Of a DNA stretch of 64,000 nt, positions 13,355-31,689 are shown in pieces. The DNA is from Nemertoderma westbladi (taxonomy: Eukaryota > Animalia > Xenacoelomorpha). The position numbers and the translations under genes are program-made. The first letter of the stretch is position 1, and every line of letters begins with the position of its first letter. The DNA lies in the NCBI GenBank assembly GCA_032718475.1, contig JAUCBJ010001096.1, positions 35,871 through 99,870 on the forward strand, read 5' to 3'. The notes beneath the pieces are model-generated. The model worked only from the letters and a program-made list of their open reading frames with translations. It made no database searches and was not told where the DNA came from.

Positions 13355-14760
13355 AAGGTTTTGAAACGGTACCACGTACTGATATCAGGATATGCAGGAT
13401 ATGACCCTTTTCCAGTGATCACCGCCTTATTGTGGCCAAGGTAAGACTTAGTCTGCGTGCTAGCAGAACAACGAAATCTGCCTTGCCGCGGCATGACTGG
13501 TCCTCTCTGTTGCAACAGTCAAGTGTGAGATCCGGCTTCACACTATAGCTGAGCAACAGGTATGAGGTTCTTGCCTCTGAGGCAGCAGATCATTGTGAGG
13601 GCTATACTGCTTTCACAGAAGCAGTAAGTTAGCAGCTGCAGAAACAGTTCCTGTATACCTTCTTCAAGGCCTTTGATTCAGTCTCTTGCTCACGTATGTT
13701 CAGCATACTTTCATTATATGGGATTCCTGATGAAATTATTGCAGCAATCAGATCAGTATACGATGGTTCGACAACATTTGTGTCTACTGTTGACGGTGAC
13801 ACAGAACCATTTGAAATGTTATCGGGCGTCCTCCAGGGAGACACACTTGCACCATTCTTCTTCATAATTGTGATTGACTATGTTCTACTCATGTCCTTAG
13901 ATCATCATAATGATAATGGGGTGATAATAACTCCAACTACTGGCTCCAGCACTTTGCTGATGACTTAGGAATTACTCTCAGAATCACTAGAAGGAGCCCA
14001 ACGGCTCCTCGGCTCATTAGAACATTCCGCTTCTAGTGTTGGTCTTTTTATTAACTCCAGAAAGACCAAAATTTTGACAGTTAACTTTGAAAGTCCTCAG
14101 CAAGTCTCTGATCGGATGAGCATAAGCTCAAAAGATGGTATGCTTGAGCATGTGGACGACTTCTGTTACCTGGGATCATGGATCCAGAAGTCAGGTGAGG
14201 ACCTTCGAATACGTAAGGGAAAGGCATGGCCAGCCTTGAATAGGCTTTCCAGCATTTCGAAGTCACCGAGAATTAATCAGAAACTTAAGGTCCGATTATT
14301 TAGAGCAGCAGTAGTTCCAGTACTCCTCTATGTGAGTCCATGCTGGTCTCTAAGTGCTGAGGACACCAAATCTCTGGATGGCACATTCACAAGAATGCTA
14401 CGCCGGGTTCATTGTGTCAAGTACAATGCACACATCTCCAACCAGACACTATATAACATTGGAGGTGTCTCATTGGTTCTCCCAAGCTTGACACTAGAAC
14501 AAAATCGCCTCCGCTTTGTAGGGCATTGCTTTCGCCGTGAGGACCAGCCAGTGCATAATCTTGTACTTTGGCAGCCTCATGGAGTGAATAAGCATGGTGG
14601 ACAGCCCATGACTTTCTTGAGACGCATCTTAAATGACACTGGCCTTGAAGATGCGGATGATCTAGCAAATGTCATGGGTGATAGGGAGTTGTGGCGGCGC
14701 AATTTTGTCGACAAGCCGGCACAGCATTCTTAATAATGCAGCTGCAATGCAGCATGCCGA
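13355..14760 (+). mobile_element. Degenerate, internally deleted RTE-clade LINE
   Basis: End of APE (SSDHRLIVAKVRL, ~13410). RT motifs SGVLQGDTLAPFFFIIVIDY, FADDL, FCYLGSWI. RTE C-terminus KLKVRLFRAAV.PVLLY…LDGTFTRMLR…RLRFVGHC…DRELWR. Frameshifted. Confidence 0.88.
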
Positions 14761-15060
14761 TCCTAGTAGATGAGCCAATAGAGAGAAGGTCCAGTCCAGT
14801 CGCTCAGTGAACTGTAGAGCTTCGAAAGAACAATGCCACTAACTACTGCAAGGCGGGATTAATTTCTTAAATTATGAGGATTAATTAGGCCTAATTAATT
14901 AAAAATCGGTGAGCCCATAAAGACAATACTATAACAAAGGATGCTATCCTGATCTCAGTTTAGCCATAGTATATGGTACTGGTACAACTATGAAATTATT
15001 TCAAGGAGACCTACTCTTAATAAATGTAAAATTGAAATCCCAGACAGCCGTGAGACCTTT

Positions 15061-15437
15061 GCCTTTTTAAATACATTTTCGATAATTGTTGGATAGCCTC
15101 TGCAAAAATTGGATAACTGTTGGATAGCCTGTGCAAAAATTGGATAACTGTTGGATAGCCTGTGCAAAAATTGGATAACTGTTGGATAGCCTGTGCAAAA
15201 ATTGGATAACTGTTGGATAGCCAGTGCAAAGATTGGATAACTGTTGGATAGCCTGTGCAAAAATTGGATAACTGTTGGATAGCCTGTGCAAAAATTGGAT
15301 AACTGTTGGATAGCCTGTGCAAAAATTGGATAACTGTTGGATAGCCTGTGAAAAGATTGGATAACTGTTGGATAGCCTGTGCAAAATTTGGAAAACTGTT
15401 GCGTTGGATAGCCTCTGCAAAGATTGGATAACTGTTA
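15061..15437 (-). repeat. 31-bp minisatellite (right arm, inverted relative to 13153-13349), about 11 copies
   Basis: Tandem copies of GTTGGATAGCCTGTGCAAAAATTGGATAACT. Confidence 0.92.
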
Positions 15438-16658
15438 ATAACGGGTAACAACTGTCAGTAAATATTACTATCCTTATTTTTTATTATATTTGGTATCTTT
15501 TTTATTATAAAATTATTATTTTGTAACATATTTCCTCTCTCATTATTTCTTTCAAATCGCCGAAGTCGTAGAATATTAGGGATTTTCTCCTATCGGGGAC
15601 TCAACATGAATCTACCATATTGTTACTATTTCCCTGCCATTCATGCCAAAGAGGAAGTTACATTTGGCCCCAGAATTTAATATAAAACTTGGCAAACAAA
15701 AGTTCATCTATAATATATTTTATAGCTTCCGTGTTTATTGTTTATATTACTTGTTGTATTTTGGTTGAAATATTTTGTTATAACATTTAAAAATAAAGTA
15801 TTTTTATTTTATTAGTGAAACATATAATGGGTATACTATTGTACTGACTACTTCGGCCCTTAAATCAAATCTGTTGTCCACAAGGCAGCTTTCACATTTC
15901 AGCTTAAATATATCCATAACATCCACTTTTTATCGTACAATCTCAGCATTGACATTTAATCACAGAAATACCACAGAATTCACCCAATATAGTAAGTAGT
16001 AAGATGTCTATTCAGCAGTTCATCTCTATATGTTACTACAAGTCAGCCATGGATTGGATATGTATGTATTTATTGACTATTAGTAGATTATATAGAGATT
16101 CTGAATAAATACGTAAGATAATAATGATATGTTAAGTAATTTAGTTTACATAATAATTAATTAGTCCAAAGAAAATACAGCGTATGAAGTTGATCATATA
16201 AAAACAGGTAAATTGAGAATTAAGTAATAACAACGAAAGACAAAAGCAAAGCAAAAATCACCAAATTTTCATTACCATCAAGACAAGACCCCTGTACCTC
16301 AACCACCCCGTTGTACTAATTGGCTAACTGATACAACTTACACGCCATGCTGTCATTGATTGATTAATAATTATTGTTATATCGTAAATTGAAACAATTA
16401 TTCACAAAAAGAGTGGCGGCCCTCGAAACAAACAGCAATGCTATTAAAATTCTGCTGTCAATTGTTGGTTAATAATTAATATTATATCGTTAATAATAAG
16501 TATTATTGGATTATAGAGTTTGAGTTTATATATTAAATATCTTTTACATATAATTTTATATTGATTAAAAAGGTTTGCAGTTACTTCTAAGTTAAGTTGT
16601 AGGGGGAAGTTAAAATGTCGTGAGGATATTTAATCTGTAAGTGTTAGTCTCAATAACA

Positions 16659-16823
16659 ATGAAATCATTACTGATATTACTGATACTAACTGATGTTATT
16701 TTGGGGTTCATCATGTATAATGGATATAAACTAGTCGAACCAGATGGATCTAAATTTACTAGAGAATGTTTATTTAAAGAAGAAAGAAATAGTATTAGAG
16801 TACAAGTTGATTTTATTATATAA
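16659..16823 (+). pseudogene. Truncated 5' copy of the Ig/LamG gene at 33664 (signal peptide plus about 35 residues)
   Basis: MKSLLILLILTDVILGFIMYNGYKLVEPDGSKFTRECLFKEERNSIRVQVDF closely matches the N-terminus of ORF 33664, then switches to LINE sequence. Confidence 0.85.
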
Positions 16824-17065
16824 AATTCCTGCTGTGTTTCTACGCAATCTTTGTACCTGGTTAGCCTCGTCGCTGTCAAAATATTTTCAGCAGTCTTTTG
16901 ACCTCGGTATTGTCCCGGCTGCTTATTGGCGGCTTGCCCATGTGATCCCATTGTATAAAAACAAAGGTTCACGATCACTGTTGCCAGTAACTATCGGCCT
17001 ATATCACTGACGTCCCTTCTAGTAAAACTGATGGAGACGGTTATCAGAAATGAAATTTCCAATTA
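16824..17065 (+). mobile_element. CR1/L2-type LINE RT fragment
   Basis: IPAVFLRNL…W.LAHVIPLYKNKG…NYRPISLTSLLVKLMETVIRNEI, similar to the RT N-terminus of the LINE at 56792-60376. Confidence 0.8.
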
Positions 17066-17836
17066 GGATTTATACGGCTGGGATAGAGTGACTGAGTAAA
17101 CACAACCTTTCTAAACTTGGAAAGTAAAATACTTCTGTGCAGTTGGGCCTATCCCTTCAATAGCATTACTTGGCTATCTTTATTCATTTTGCATTAGCAC
17201 CAGCTGGCGCTCTTATCATTACGTCTAATGGGGGTGTTATTTGTTTTAAGTCTATTTTTCAATCCGTTTAGGCTGAAACCAGACAAGTCTCTAACATAGC
17301 ATGTTGCATCTTACGGAGTCGCAGAGTAGTCTACAGTTCCCCAGTCTACCGATAGAGGGCTAAATTTCTGAAAGTGACCACGTCCTCCAACTTTGTTATT
17401 TACACTCAGTTTAAGCTGAATTCTGAAACTTGACAGTTATCTCCTGCGGTGTTTTGTTATGGTTTGCACCTGTTCTGTATGCAGTTCTCCAATCTGCCAC
17501 ACATTTCTTCACATATTCACTTACCATCTACACATGCACTAGAAAGCTACTACTACTTTCTAATTGTTAATAATATTTCCCTGCCATTCATGCCAAAAAG
17601 GAAGTTACATTTGGCCCCAGAATTTAAAATAAAACTTGGCAAACAAACGTTCATATATAACAATATTTTCTAGTATCCGTGTTTACTGTTTATATAGATA
17701 TTTTTTGAATTTTGAATAGTATATTTTGTTATAACATGTAACATTAAAACTTTTTATTGAATTTGTGATGGGTCTACTGCTGTACTGACTACTTTGGCAC
17801 TTAAATAAAATATGTTTACATTTCAGCGCAAATTTA

Positions 17837-21757
<3,921 letters not shown>

Positions 21758-24700
21758 CAATAACCAATACCAATATCCAATATCAATAACCAATAATCAA
21801 TTTCAATAACCAATATAAATAACCAATATCGATACCAATAACCATTATCAATAACCAATAATCAATATCAATAACCAATATAAATAACCAATATCGATAC
21901 CAATAACAGATATCAATAACCAATATCAATAACCTTTTTAATATCTATACCAATATCAATAAACTATTTAATATCGATACCAATATCAATAACCAATATC
22001 TATACCAATAACCAATATCAATAACCAATAATCAATAACCAATATCAATAACCAATATCAATAACCAATAACCAATATCAATAACCAATATCGATACCAA
22101 TAACCAATATCAATAACCAATATCCAATAACCAATATCAATAACCAATATCAATAACCAATATCGATACCAATAACCAATATCAATAACCAATAATCAAT
22201 AACCTATAATCAATATCAACCAATATAAATAACAAATTTTGACACCAATAACCAATATCAATAACCAATATCCAATAACCAATATCAATAACCAATATCG
22301 ATACCAATAAACAATATCAATAACCAATAACCAATATCAATAACCAATATCGATACCAATAACCAATATCAATAACCAATAACCAATATCAATAACCATT
22401 ATCTATAACCAATATCGATACCAATAACCAATATCAATAACCAATAACCAATATCAACAACCAATAACCAATATCAATAACCATTATCAATAACCAATAT
22501 CGATACTAATAACCAATCATCCAATAACCAATATCAATAACCAATATCGATACCAATAACCAATATCAATAACCAATAACCAATATCAATAACCAAAAAG
22601 CAATAACCAATATCAATAACCATTATCAATAACCAATATCGATACCAATAACCAATATTAATAACCAATAACCAATATCAATAACCAATATCGATACCAA
22701 TAACCAATATCAATAACCAATAACCAATATCAATAACCAATAACCTATAACCAATATCAATAACCATTATCAATAACCAATATCGATACCAATAACCAAT
22801 ATTAATAACCAATAACCAATATCAATAACCAATATCGATACCAATAACCAATATCAATAACCAATAACCAATATCAATAACCAATAACCAATATCAATAA
22901 CCATTATCAATAACCAATATCGATACCAATAAACAATATCAATAACCAATATCAATAACCAATATCGATACCAATAACCAATATCAATAACCAATAACCA
23001 ATATCAATAACCATTATCTATAACCAATATCGATACCAATAACCAATATCAATAACCAATAACCAATATCAATAACCAATAACCAATATCAATAACCATT
23101 ATCAATAACCAATATCGATACTAATAACCAATATCAATAACCAATAACCAATATCAATAACCAATATCGATACCAATAACCAATATCAGTAACCAATAAC
23201 CAATATCAATAACCAATAAGCAATAACCAATATCAATAACCATTATCAATAACCAATATCGATACCAATAACCAATATTAATAACCAATAACCAATATCA
23301 ATAACCAATATCGATACCAATAACCAATATCAATAACCAATAACCAATATCAATAACCAATAACCAATAACCAATATCAATAACCATTATCAATAACCAA
23401 TATCGATACCAATAACCAATATTAATAACCAATAACCAATATCAATAACCAATATCGATACCAATAACCAATATCAATAACCAATAACCAATATCAATAA
23501 CCAATATCCAATAACCAATATCAATAACCAATATCAATAACCAATATCGATACCAATAACCAATATCAATAACCAATAATCAATAACCTATAATCAATAT
23601 CAATAACCAATATAAATAACCAATTTTGACACCAATAACCAATATCAATAACCAATATCCAATAACCAATATCAATAACCAATATCGATACCAATAACCA
23701 ATATCAATAACCAATAACCAATATCAATAACCAATATCAATAACCAATAGCAATAAACAATATCGATACCAATAACCAATATCAATAACCAATATCGATA
23801 CCAATAACCAATATCAATAACCAATAACCAATATTAATAACCAATATCGATACCAATAACCAATATCAATAACCACTAACCAATAACCAATATCAATAAC
23901 CAATATCAATAACCAATATCGATACCAATAACCAATATCAATAACCAATAACCAATATCAATAACCAATATTAATAACCAATATCAATAACCAATATCAA
24001 TAACCAATATCAATAACCAATATCAATAACCAATATCGATTCCAATATCAATAACCAATATCAATAACCAATATCAATAACCAATATCAATAACCAATAT
24101 CAATAACCAATATCAATAACCAATATCGATACCAATAACCAATATCAATAACCACTAACCAATAACCAATATCAATAACCAATATCAATAACCAATATCG
24201 ATATCAATAACCAATATCAATAACCAATAACCAATAACCAATATCAATAACCATTATCAATAACCAATATCGATACCAATAAACAATATCAATAACCAAT
24301 AACCAATATCAATAACCAATATCGATACCAATAACCAATATCAATAACCAATAACCAATATCAATAACCATTATCTATAACCAATATCGATACCAATAAC
24401 CAATATCAATAACCAATAACCAATATCAATAACCAATAACCAATATCAATAACCATTATCAATAACCAATATCGATACTAATAACCAATATCAATAACCA
24501 ATAACCAATATCAATAACCAATATCGATACCAATAACCAATATCAATAACCAATAACCAATATCAATAACCAATAACCAATATCAATAACCATTATCAAT
24601 AACCAATATCGATACCAATAACCAATATTAATAACCAATAACCAATATCAATAACCAATATCGATACCAATAACCAATATCAATAACCAATATCAATAAC

Positions 24701-25035
24701 CAATAACCAATAACCAATATCAATAACCATTATCAATAACCAATATCGATACCAATAACCAATATTAATAACCAATAACCAATATCAATAACCAATATCG
24801 ATACCAATAACCAATATCAATAACCAATAACCAATATCAATAACATTATCAATAACCAATATCGATACCAATAAACAATATCAATAACCAATAACCAATA
24901 TCAATAACCAATATCAATAACCAATATCGATTCCAATATCAATAACCAATATCGATGACAATTACAATAACCAATATCGATGCCAATATCAATAATCAAT
25001 ATCGATATCAATTTACCGATACCGATACCAGTATC
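21758..25035. repeat. AT-rich 6/7-bp satellite (CAATAAC/CAATAT/CGATAC)
   Basis: Directly visible; abuts the previous satellite. Confidence 0.96.
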
Positions 25036-26164
25036 ATTTCACCAGCATTTTACATAATGATACATGGCATTTAGCCGCAATGCATAGGCCTATAACAAAT
25101 ACTTACCATACATACCCCTCCTGCCCCGTTTGATCCATTGTATCAACTATGTTATTATAACTATAATTTCAAATAAGGTTATTCTCTATCGTTTTAATGA
25201 GTACTTAATATGAATAAAAAGATAAAATTACGCTAATTCTAATGAACTTAAAATCAGCCAATTTCATCCACCTCAACCAAAGTTACAGGCCGACAAAGTT
25301 TTCATTATTTTCAGAGTACACTAGTGGTTTCTAAGCCACGCTCAGTCATTAATCATGATGTCATTTTAGTAACGAAGAACTCTCATTCGTTCAAACACTA
25401 CCATTAGTTCAATGGTGGGGAGAAAGTTAGTATTTAAAATGCAAAATAAACATAGAAAACTTGATCCTCAAGAGTAGCTAAAAAAAAAAAGATTGGATAA
25501 CTGTTAATAACCGGTAACAACTGTCAGTAAATATTACTATCCTTATTTTTTATTATATTTGGTATCTTTTATATTTGAAAATTATTATTTTGTAACATAT
25601 TTTCTCTCTCATTATTTCTTTCAAATCGCCGAAGTCGTAGAATATTGGGGATTTTCTCCAATCGGGGACTCAACATAAATTTACCATATTGTTACTACTG
25701 TATTTCCCTGCCTTTCATGCCAAAGAGGAAGTTACATTTGGTCCCAGAATTTAATATAAAACTTGGCAAACAAACGTTTAACTATAATATATTTTATAGC
25801 TTCCGTGTTTATTGTTTATATTACTTGTTGTATTTTGGTTGAAATATTTTGTTATAACATTTAAAAATAAAGTATTTTTATTTTATTATTGAAACATATA
25901 ATGGGTATACTAATGTACTGACTACTTCGGCCCTTAAATCAAATCTGTTGTCCACAAGGCAACTTTCACATTTCAGCTTAAATATATCCATAACATCCAC
26001 TTTTTATCGTACAATCTCAGCATTGACATTTAATCACAGAAATACCACAGAATTCACCCAATATAGTAAGTAATAGGATATGTTTCTATTAGAAAGCTTC
26101 TATTCATCAGTTCATCTCTATATGTTACTACAAGTCAGCCATGGATATGTATGTATTTATTGAC

Positions 26165-26986
26165 CCAATATAATGAAATTGTAAAAAAGGCGGCCTCGTT
26201 ATACAGCGCCATAACGAACTACGGGACGTGGTTGGAGACCTCTCGGCTATGGCTTTCGGACCTCGAAACGTAGTCTGCGAGCCGGTTGTCCGCGAGCAGC
26301 AGGGAGTGGAGGGTGCCGCAGGTCTTCGGTGCGATGTGGGGATACAGGGTGCGCTAAACCCACAGACCCAGGCGTTGATAGACATTCGGGTTATCAACCT
26401 TGACGCCGAGTCCTATGTGGGACGCACCCCAATGTCTATCCTCGAGTCGGCCGAAGACCAAAAGAAGCGGCTGTACGTGGAAGCAGTGACGGCACGACGG
26501 GGCGACTTCTCCCCGTTTGTTGCGTCCTGTGACGGCGTACTCACTCCGCAGGCAGTCCTGCGGAGCCTCCTCCTCCTCCGTATCTTGGCTGATAGGCTGC
26601 ACCGATCCTGGGGGCGACCTTTCAGCACCACGATGGGCTGGGTCCGTACTCGCGTCCAGTTCGCGATAATACGCGGGGCCTCCCATTGTCTACGGGGCTC
26701 GCGGGTGAAGTGGAGAAGTGGGCAGGGGTTTGAGGACGGTGCTGGGCTGCCAAGCAGTATTTAGAACAGCTTTGGAGCCATGGCAGTACTGCTATCTTTA
26801 GACAATCAATATTAATGTTAATATCTCTTTTACTTAACGTTTGTATCTCTTTGCGTTAATGTGACTTGATTTCTTAACTAAATGCTAGTAATGTGCAGCT
26901 TCAAAATGTCTAATATTATTAATAAAACTGTTAATAAAGGGGTCACTGTATAAGCGATAGAGGACAAGTAAACGACGTAAAAAAAA
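26165..26986 (+). mobile_element. 5'-truncated RLE-type non-LTR retrotransposon (CRE-clade-like) with poly(A) and 14-bp TSD ATGTATTTATTGAC
   Basis: CKKGG…RHNELRD, R.D, DIRV and E..KKRLY motifs of the restriction-like endonuclease domain (ORF 26228-26764). A-tail at 26979-26986. TSD at 26151-26164 and 26987-27000. The empty site is at about 16064-16077. Confidence 0.88.
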
Positions 26987-27845
26987 ATGTATTTATTGAC
27001 TATTAGTAGATTATATAGAGATTGTGAATAAATACGTAAGATAATAATGATATGTTAATAATTTAGTTTACATAATAATTAATTAGTCCAAAGAAAATAC
27101 AGCGTATGAAGTTGATCATATAAAAACAGGTAAATTGAGAATTAAGTAATAACAACGAAAGACAATGAATTTAAAAGCGGGAGGGAGTCAGGCAATGTAA
27201 TTTAACATATATATTTGATACATATAGCCGTAGCATTAACAATATATAGGACTCTATAAAGACAACCAGTCCCTCGAAACAGTAATGTTATCAAAAAGCG
27301 AAATAACTAATAAAGTTCACTATTTAAATAGATAAATTTTTATTCGAAAATAGAAATTTAATGTCTATGTAGGTAGAAAAGGATGTACAAATTGTAGAAC
27401 TTTATACCACGTTCGTACTTTATACCACGTTCGTAATGAAAACAAAATTTATTTTCATTACCATCAGGACAAGACCCCTGTACCTCAACCACCCCGTTGT
27501 ACTAATTGGCTAACTGATACAACTTACACGCCATGCTGTCATTCATTGATTAATAATTATTGTTATATCGTACATTGAAACAATTATTCACAAAAATAGT
27601 GGCGGCCCTCGAAACAAACAGCAATGCTATTAAAATTCTGCTGTCAATTGTTGGTTAATACTTAATATTATATTGTTAATAATAAGTATTATTGGATTAT
27701 AGAGTTTGAGTTTATATATTAAATATCTTTTATATATAATTTTATATTGATTAAAAAAGGTTTGCTGTTACTTCTAAGTTAAGTTGTAGGGGGAAGTTAA
27801 AATGTCGTGAGGATATTTAATCTGTAAGTGTTAGTCTCAATAACA

Positions 27846-28245
27846 ATGAAATCATTACTGATATTACTGATACTAACTGATGTTATTATGGGGTTCAAGT
27901 ATAATGGATATCAACTAGTCGAACCAGATGGATCTAAATTTACTAGAGAATGTTTATTTAAAGAAGAAAGAAACAGTATTAGAGTAAAAGTTGATTTTAT
28001 TATATAAAATTCCTGCTGTGTTTCTACGCAATCTTTGTACCTGGTTAGCCTCGTCGCTGTCAAAATAATTTCAGCAGTCTTTTGACCTCGGTATTGTCCC
28101 GGCTGCTTATTGGCGGCTTGCCCATGTGATCCCATTGTATAAAAACAAAGGTTCACGATCTGTTGCCAGTAACTATCGGCCTATATCACTGACGTCCCTT
28201 CTAGTAAAACTCATGGAGACGGTTATTAGAAATGAAATTTCCAAT
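27846..28245 (+). pseudogene. Second truncated 5' copy of the Ig/LamG gene, joined to the same CR1/L2 RT fragment
   Basis: ATG at 27846; colinear with 16659-17065 and has the same junction. Confidence 0.82.
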
Positions 28246-29262
28246 TAGGATTTATGCGGCTGGGATAGAGTGACTGAGTAAACACAACCTTTCTAAACTT
28301 GGAAAGTATAATACTTCTGTGCAGTTTGGGCCTATCCCTTCAATAGCATTACTTGGCCATCTTTATCCATTTTGCATTAGCACCAGCTGGCGCTGCTCTT
28401 ATCATTACGTCTAATGGGGGTGTTATTAGTTTTAATTCTATTTTTCAATCCGTTTAGGCTGAAACCAGACAAGTCTCTAACATAGCATATGTTACATCTT
28501 ACGGAGTAGTCTACAGTTCTCCAGTCTACCGCTAGATTTATATAGAGATATATGAATTTAATCTCTGAAAGTGACCACCTTATCCAACATTGTTATTTAC
28601 AATCCTCTTAGGTTTATAACTTGATAGGTATCTACTACAGACGTAGGCTGTATCTTTACGGAATCGTATGCATTCCCCAGTCTACCGCTAGAGGGCTAAA
28701 TTTCTGAAAGTGACCACGTCCTCCAACTTTCTTATGTTCTGTTACTGTTCTGTATGCAGTTCTCCAATCTGCCACACATTTCTTCACATATTCACTTACC
28801 ATCTGAACATGCACTAGAAAGCTACAACTACTTTATAATTGTTAAAAATATTTCCCTGCCATACTATTAGGGATTTAAGATAGGGATTAGGGATTTTTTT
28901 CATATTAGGGATTTTCTCCAATCGGGGACTCAAACATAAATCTACCATATTGTTACTATTTCCCTGCCATTCATGCCAAAAAGGAAGTTACATTTGGCCC
29001 CAGAATTTAAAATAAAACTTGGCAAACAAACGTTCATATATAACAATATTTTCTAGTATCCGTGTTTACTGTTTATATAGATATTTGTTGAATTTTGATT
29101 AATTGATCGCACAACCAGAGCATTGAAATTTAATAACAAAAGTAAAATGTACCCCAGAACTCAACCAACATATATTTGCGTGGTTGTTGAGAAAGCTTTT
29201 TAACTGCAAATCATTAATTTTTGTATGTTAGTAATAGAACGCCATCAAGATGTCTTTAAACG

Positions 29263-30034
29263 GTAGCACGAACTTAGTTCCAATCGCACTTAGTTCCAAC
29301 GGTAGCACGAACTTAGTTCCAATCGCACTTAGTTCCAATGGTAGCACGAACTTAGTTCCAATGGTAGCACGAACTTAGTTCCAATCGCATTTAGTTCCAA
29401 CGGTAGCACGAACTTAGTTCCAATCGCACTTAGTTCCAATGGTAGCACGAACTTAGTTCCAATCGCACTTAGTTCCAATGGTAGCACGAACTTAGTTCCA
29501 ATCGCACTTAGTTCCAACGGTACCACGAACTTAGTTCCAATCGCACTTAGTTCCAATGGTAGCACGAACTTAGTTCCAATCGCACTTAGTTCCAACGGTA
29601 CCACGAACTTAGTTCCAATCGCACTTAGTTCCAATGGTAGCACGAACTTAGTTCCAATCGCACTTAGTTCCAACGGTACCACGAACTTAGTTCCAATCGC
29701 ACTTAGTTCCAATGGATGCGAATTTAGTTCCAATGGAAGCGAATTTACTTCCAATGGAAGCGAATTTAGTTCCAATGGATGCGAATTTAGTTCCAATGGA
29801 TGCGAATTTAGTTCCAATGGATGCGAATTTAGTTCTAATGGATGCGAACTTAGTTCCAATGGATGCGAATTTAGTTCCAATGGAAGCGAATTTAGTTCCA
29901 ATGGATGCGAATTTAGTTCCAATGCATGCGAATTTAGTTCTAATGGATGCGAACTTAGTTCCAATGGATGCGAATTTAGTTCCAATGGAAGCGAATTTAC
30001 TGTAGTTCCAATGGAAGCGAACTTAGTTCCAATG
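29263..30034. repeat. TTAGTTCCAA-core minisatellite: 39-bp (23+16) units, then 21-bp units
   Basis: Directly visible tandem arrays. Confidence 0.93.
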
Positions 30035-30630
30035 TTGCAATCGCGGGGATATAGCCACGTACTGTAGCAGGCGAACCCTATTGCGTATTGCCACTATTTG
30101 GGGTGGGTCGGGGTCAACAATAATTGTAAATAATTGTAAAACTCTTCTGTCATTTTTAAAAAACGAATTATTATTAATGAATTAAATGTATAATTACACA
30201 CTTTGAAATATATATTAATCACGAGTATACTGATACTGACTGACTGAGTCTGTAGTATTATATACTCAAGTCATACACATTGTACCATTTTCACACCAAA
30301 TACTATATTTACCAGATGTTTCGGTTTAGGTGGATGGGCGTAGTTTGGGTTAAGAGCTTGGGCGTTGTTTTTTTTACATATTACATATTATATATACATA
30401 TTATATCATTTTAAATGATTAAATATATAAATTGAATTGTTTGGGTTACGAGGTTGGGCGTTTTGGTTTAGTTATTTACAATTATTATTTAACCATCCGC
30501 CTAATAGTGTCATTAAACAGATTCTTCGCAAACAACGTGGCTCGCCCCACACCTGAAACATTGGAACTAAATTCGTTTCCATTGGAATTAAATTCGCATG
30601 AGGCTTAAATTGGAACTAAGTACGGGGAAT
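29263..30630. mobile_element. Non-autonomous foldback/MULE-like DNA transposon with modular TIRs and a 10-bp TSD TCTTTAAACG
   Basis: Direct repeats at 29253-29262 and 30631-30640. The left end GTAGCACGAACTTAGTTCCAA aligns with the reverse complement of the right end, ATTCCCCGTACTTAGTTCCAA. TTAGTTCCAA subrepeats occur inverted at about 30558-30622. Confidence 0.7.
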
Positions 30631-31276
30631 TCTTTAAACGAACCTGTCTTACACAGACTCCAAGAAATAGATGTGATTGGAAGAGGCAAACCAAGAATGA
30701 CTTGCATCAAGCAAAAAACTACCCCCATCTAATGTAATATAACATTCGCCGAGGCAAACAAATCATAAACACAATTACTGCGATGTGTGAAATGTTATCC
30801 ATATCCGCAACCTGGGAAACGGCCCCAAAGAGTAGTTCATTCTGCGGAGGGGTCTTTCTGTATTAGACAAATAAAATAAAGAACACGAATTATTTATACC
30901 TAATACATTCTCAGTTAACCTAATGCAAACATCGGAGCAACCAATATAATGTACATGTACAAGCCTCCTATGAAAGTTTGTGAAATCTTCCATTAAGTCT
31001 ACCCGACAGCAGTTGATACCCGTCTGGCACCCTGGTTCAGTTTTCTGATTTTGTTAGTTTAATCGACAGCTGTTGTAAACGTCCCAGATATACAATATAA
31101 TACGATATAATTAATGTACGTAACTCCAATTGACAATAAGTAGTGAAATGTTGTTTAGCTGTAAAAGTGTAGTTGTGGGTATTTAATTTCGCGTTCCATA
31201 ATGTTGATAATATGCTAATATTAGTCTTACTTTTTTTTCACTAATCTCCAGGAAATTAGTTATAAAAGTCTTTCTT

Positions 31277-31455
31277 AACTAATTTTTAACTTTTTTTAAC
31301 TATTTTTTTTACTTTTTTTAAAACTAATTTTTAACTTTTTTAACTATTTTTTTTACTTTTTTTAAAACTAATTTTTAACTTTTTTAACTATTTTTTTTAC
31401 TTTTTTTTAAACTAATTTTTAACTTTTCTCAACTAATTTTTACTTTTTTTAACTA
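31277..31455. repeat. T-rich tandem repeat of about 44 bp (AACTAATTTTTAACTTTTTTT…)
   Basis: About four visible copies. Confidence 0.75.
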
Positions 31456-31689
31456 CTGTACTTTTATTTTTAATGAACTACAGTATTTACTACTCAATGT
31501 AATCAAATTGATACATACTTTCATATAATTGAGTAAGTTCCTGGTACATAAATGATTGTATAATGTAGACCGAGGCTTGTCGGGTAGCTTTCTGTACAGC
31601 AGGCAGTCACTCTCTCTAATGTTAACATTCCCAAGTTGCATATAATATTGCGCTGAACAAATTTAGAAATTCGAGTTGCCTTTGTCTTT

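Larger units (their letters stand above)
25490..29120 (+). repeat. Segmental duplication, copy B (with extra insertions at 26165-26986 and about 27165-27445)
   Basis: Colinear with 15421-17870. Confidence 0.9.

Noticed and set aside
29329-30005. ORFs (LELNSHP)n and (MDANLVP)n
   Set aside because: These are translations of 21- and 39-bp minisatellites.
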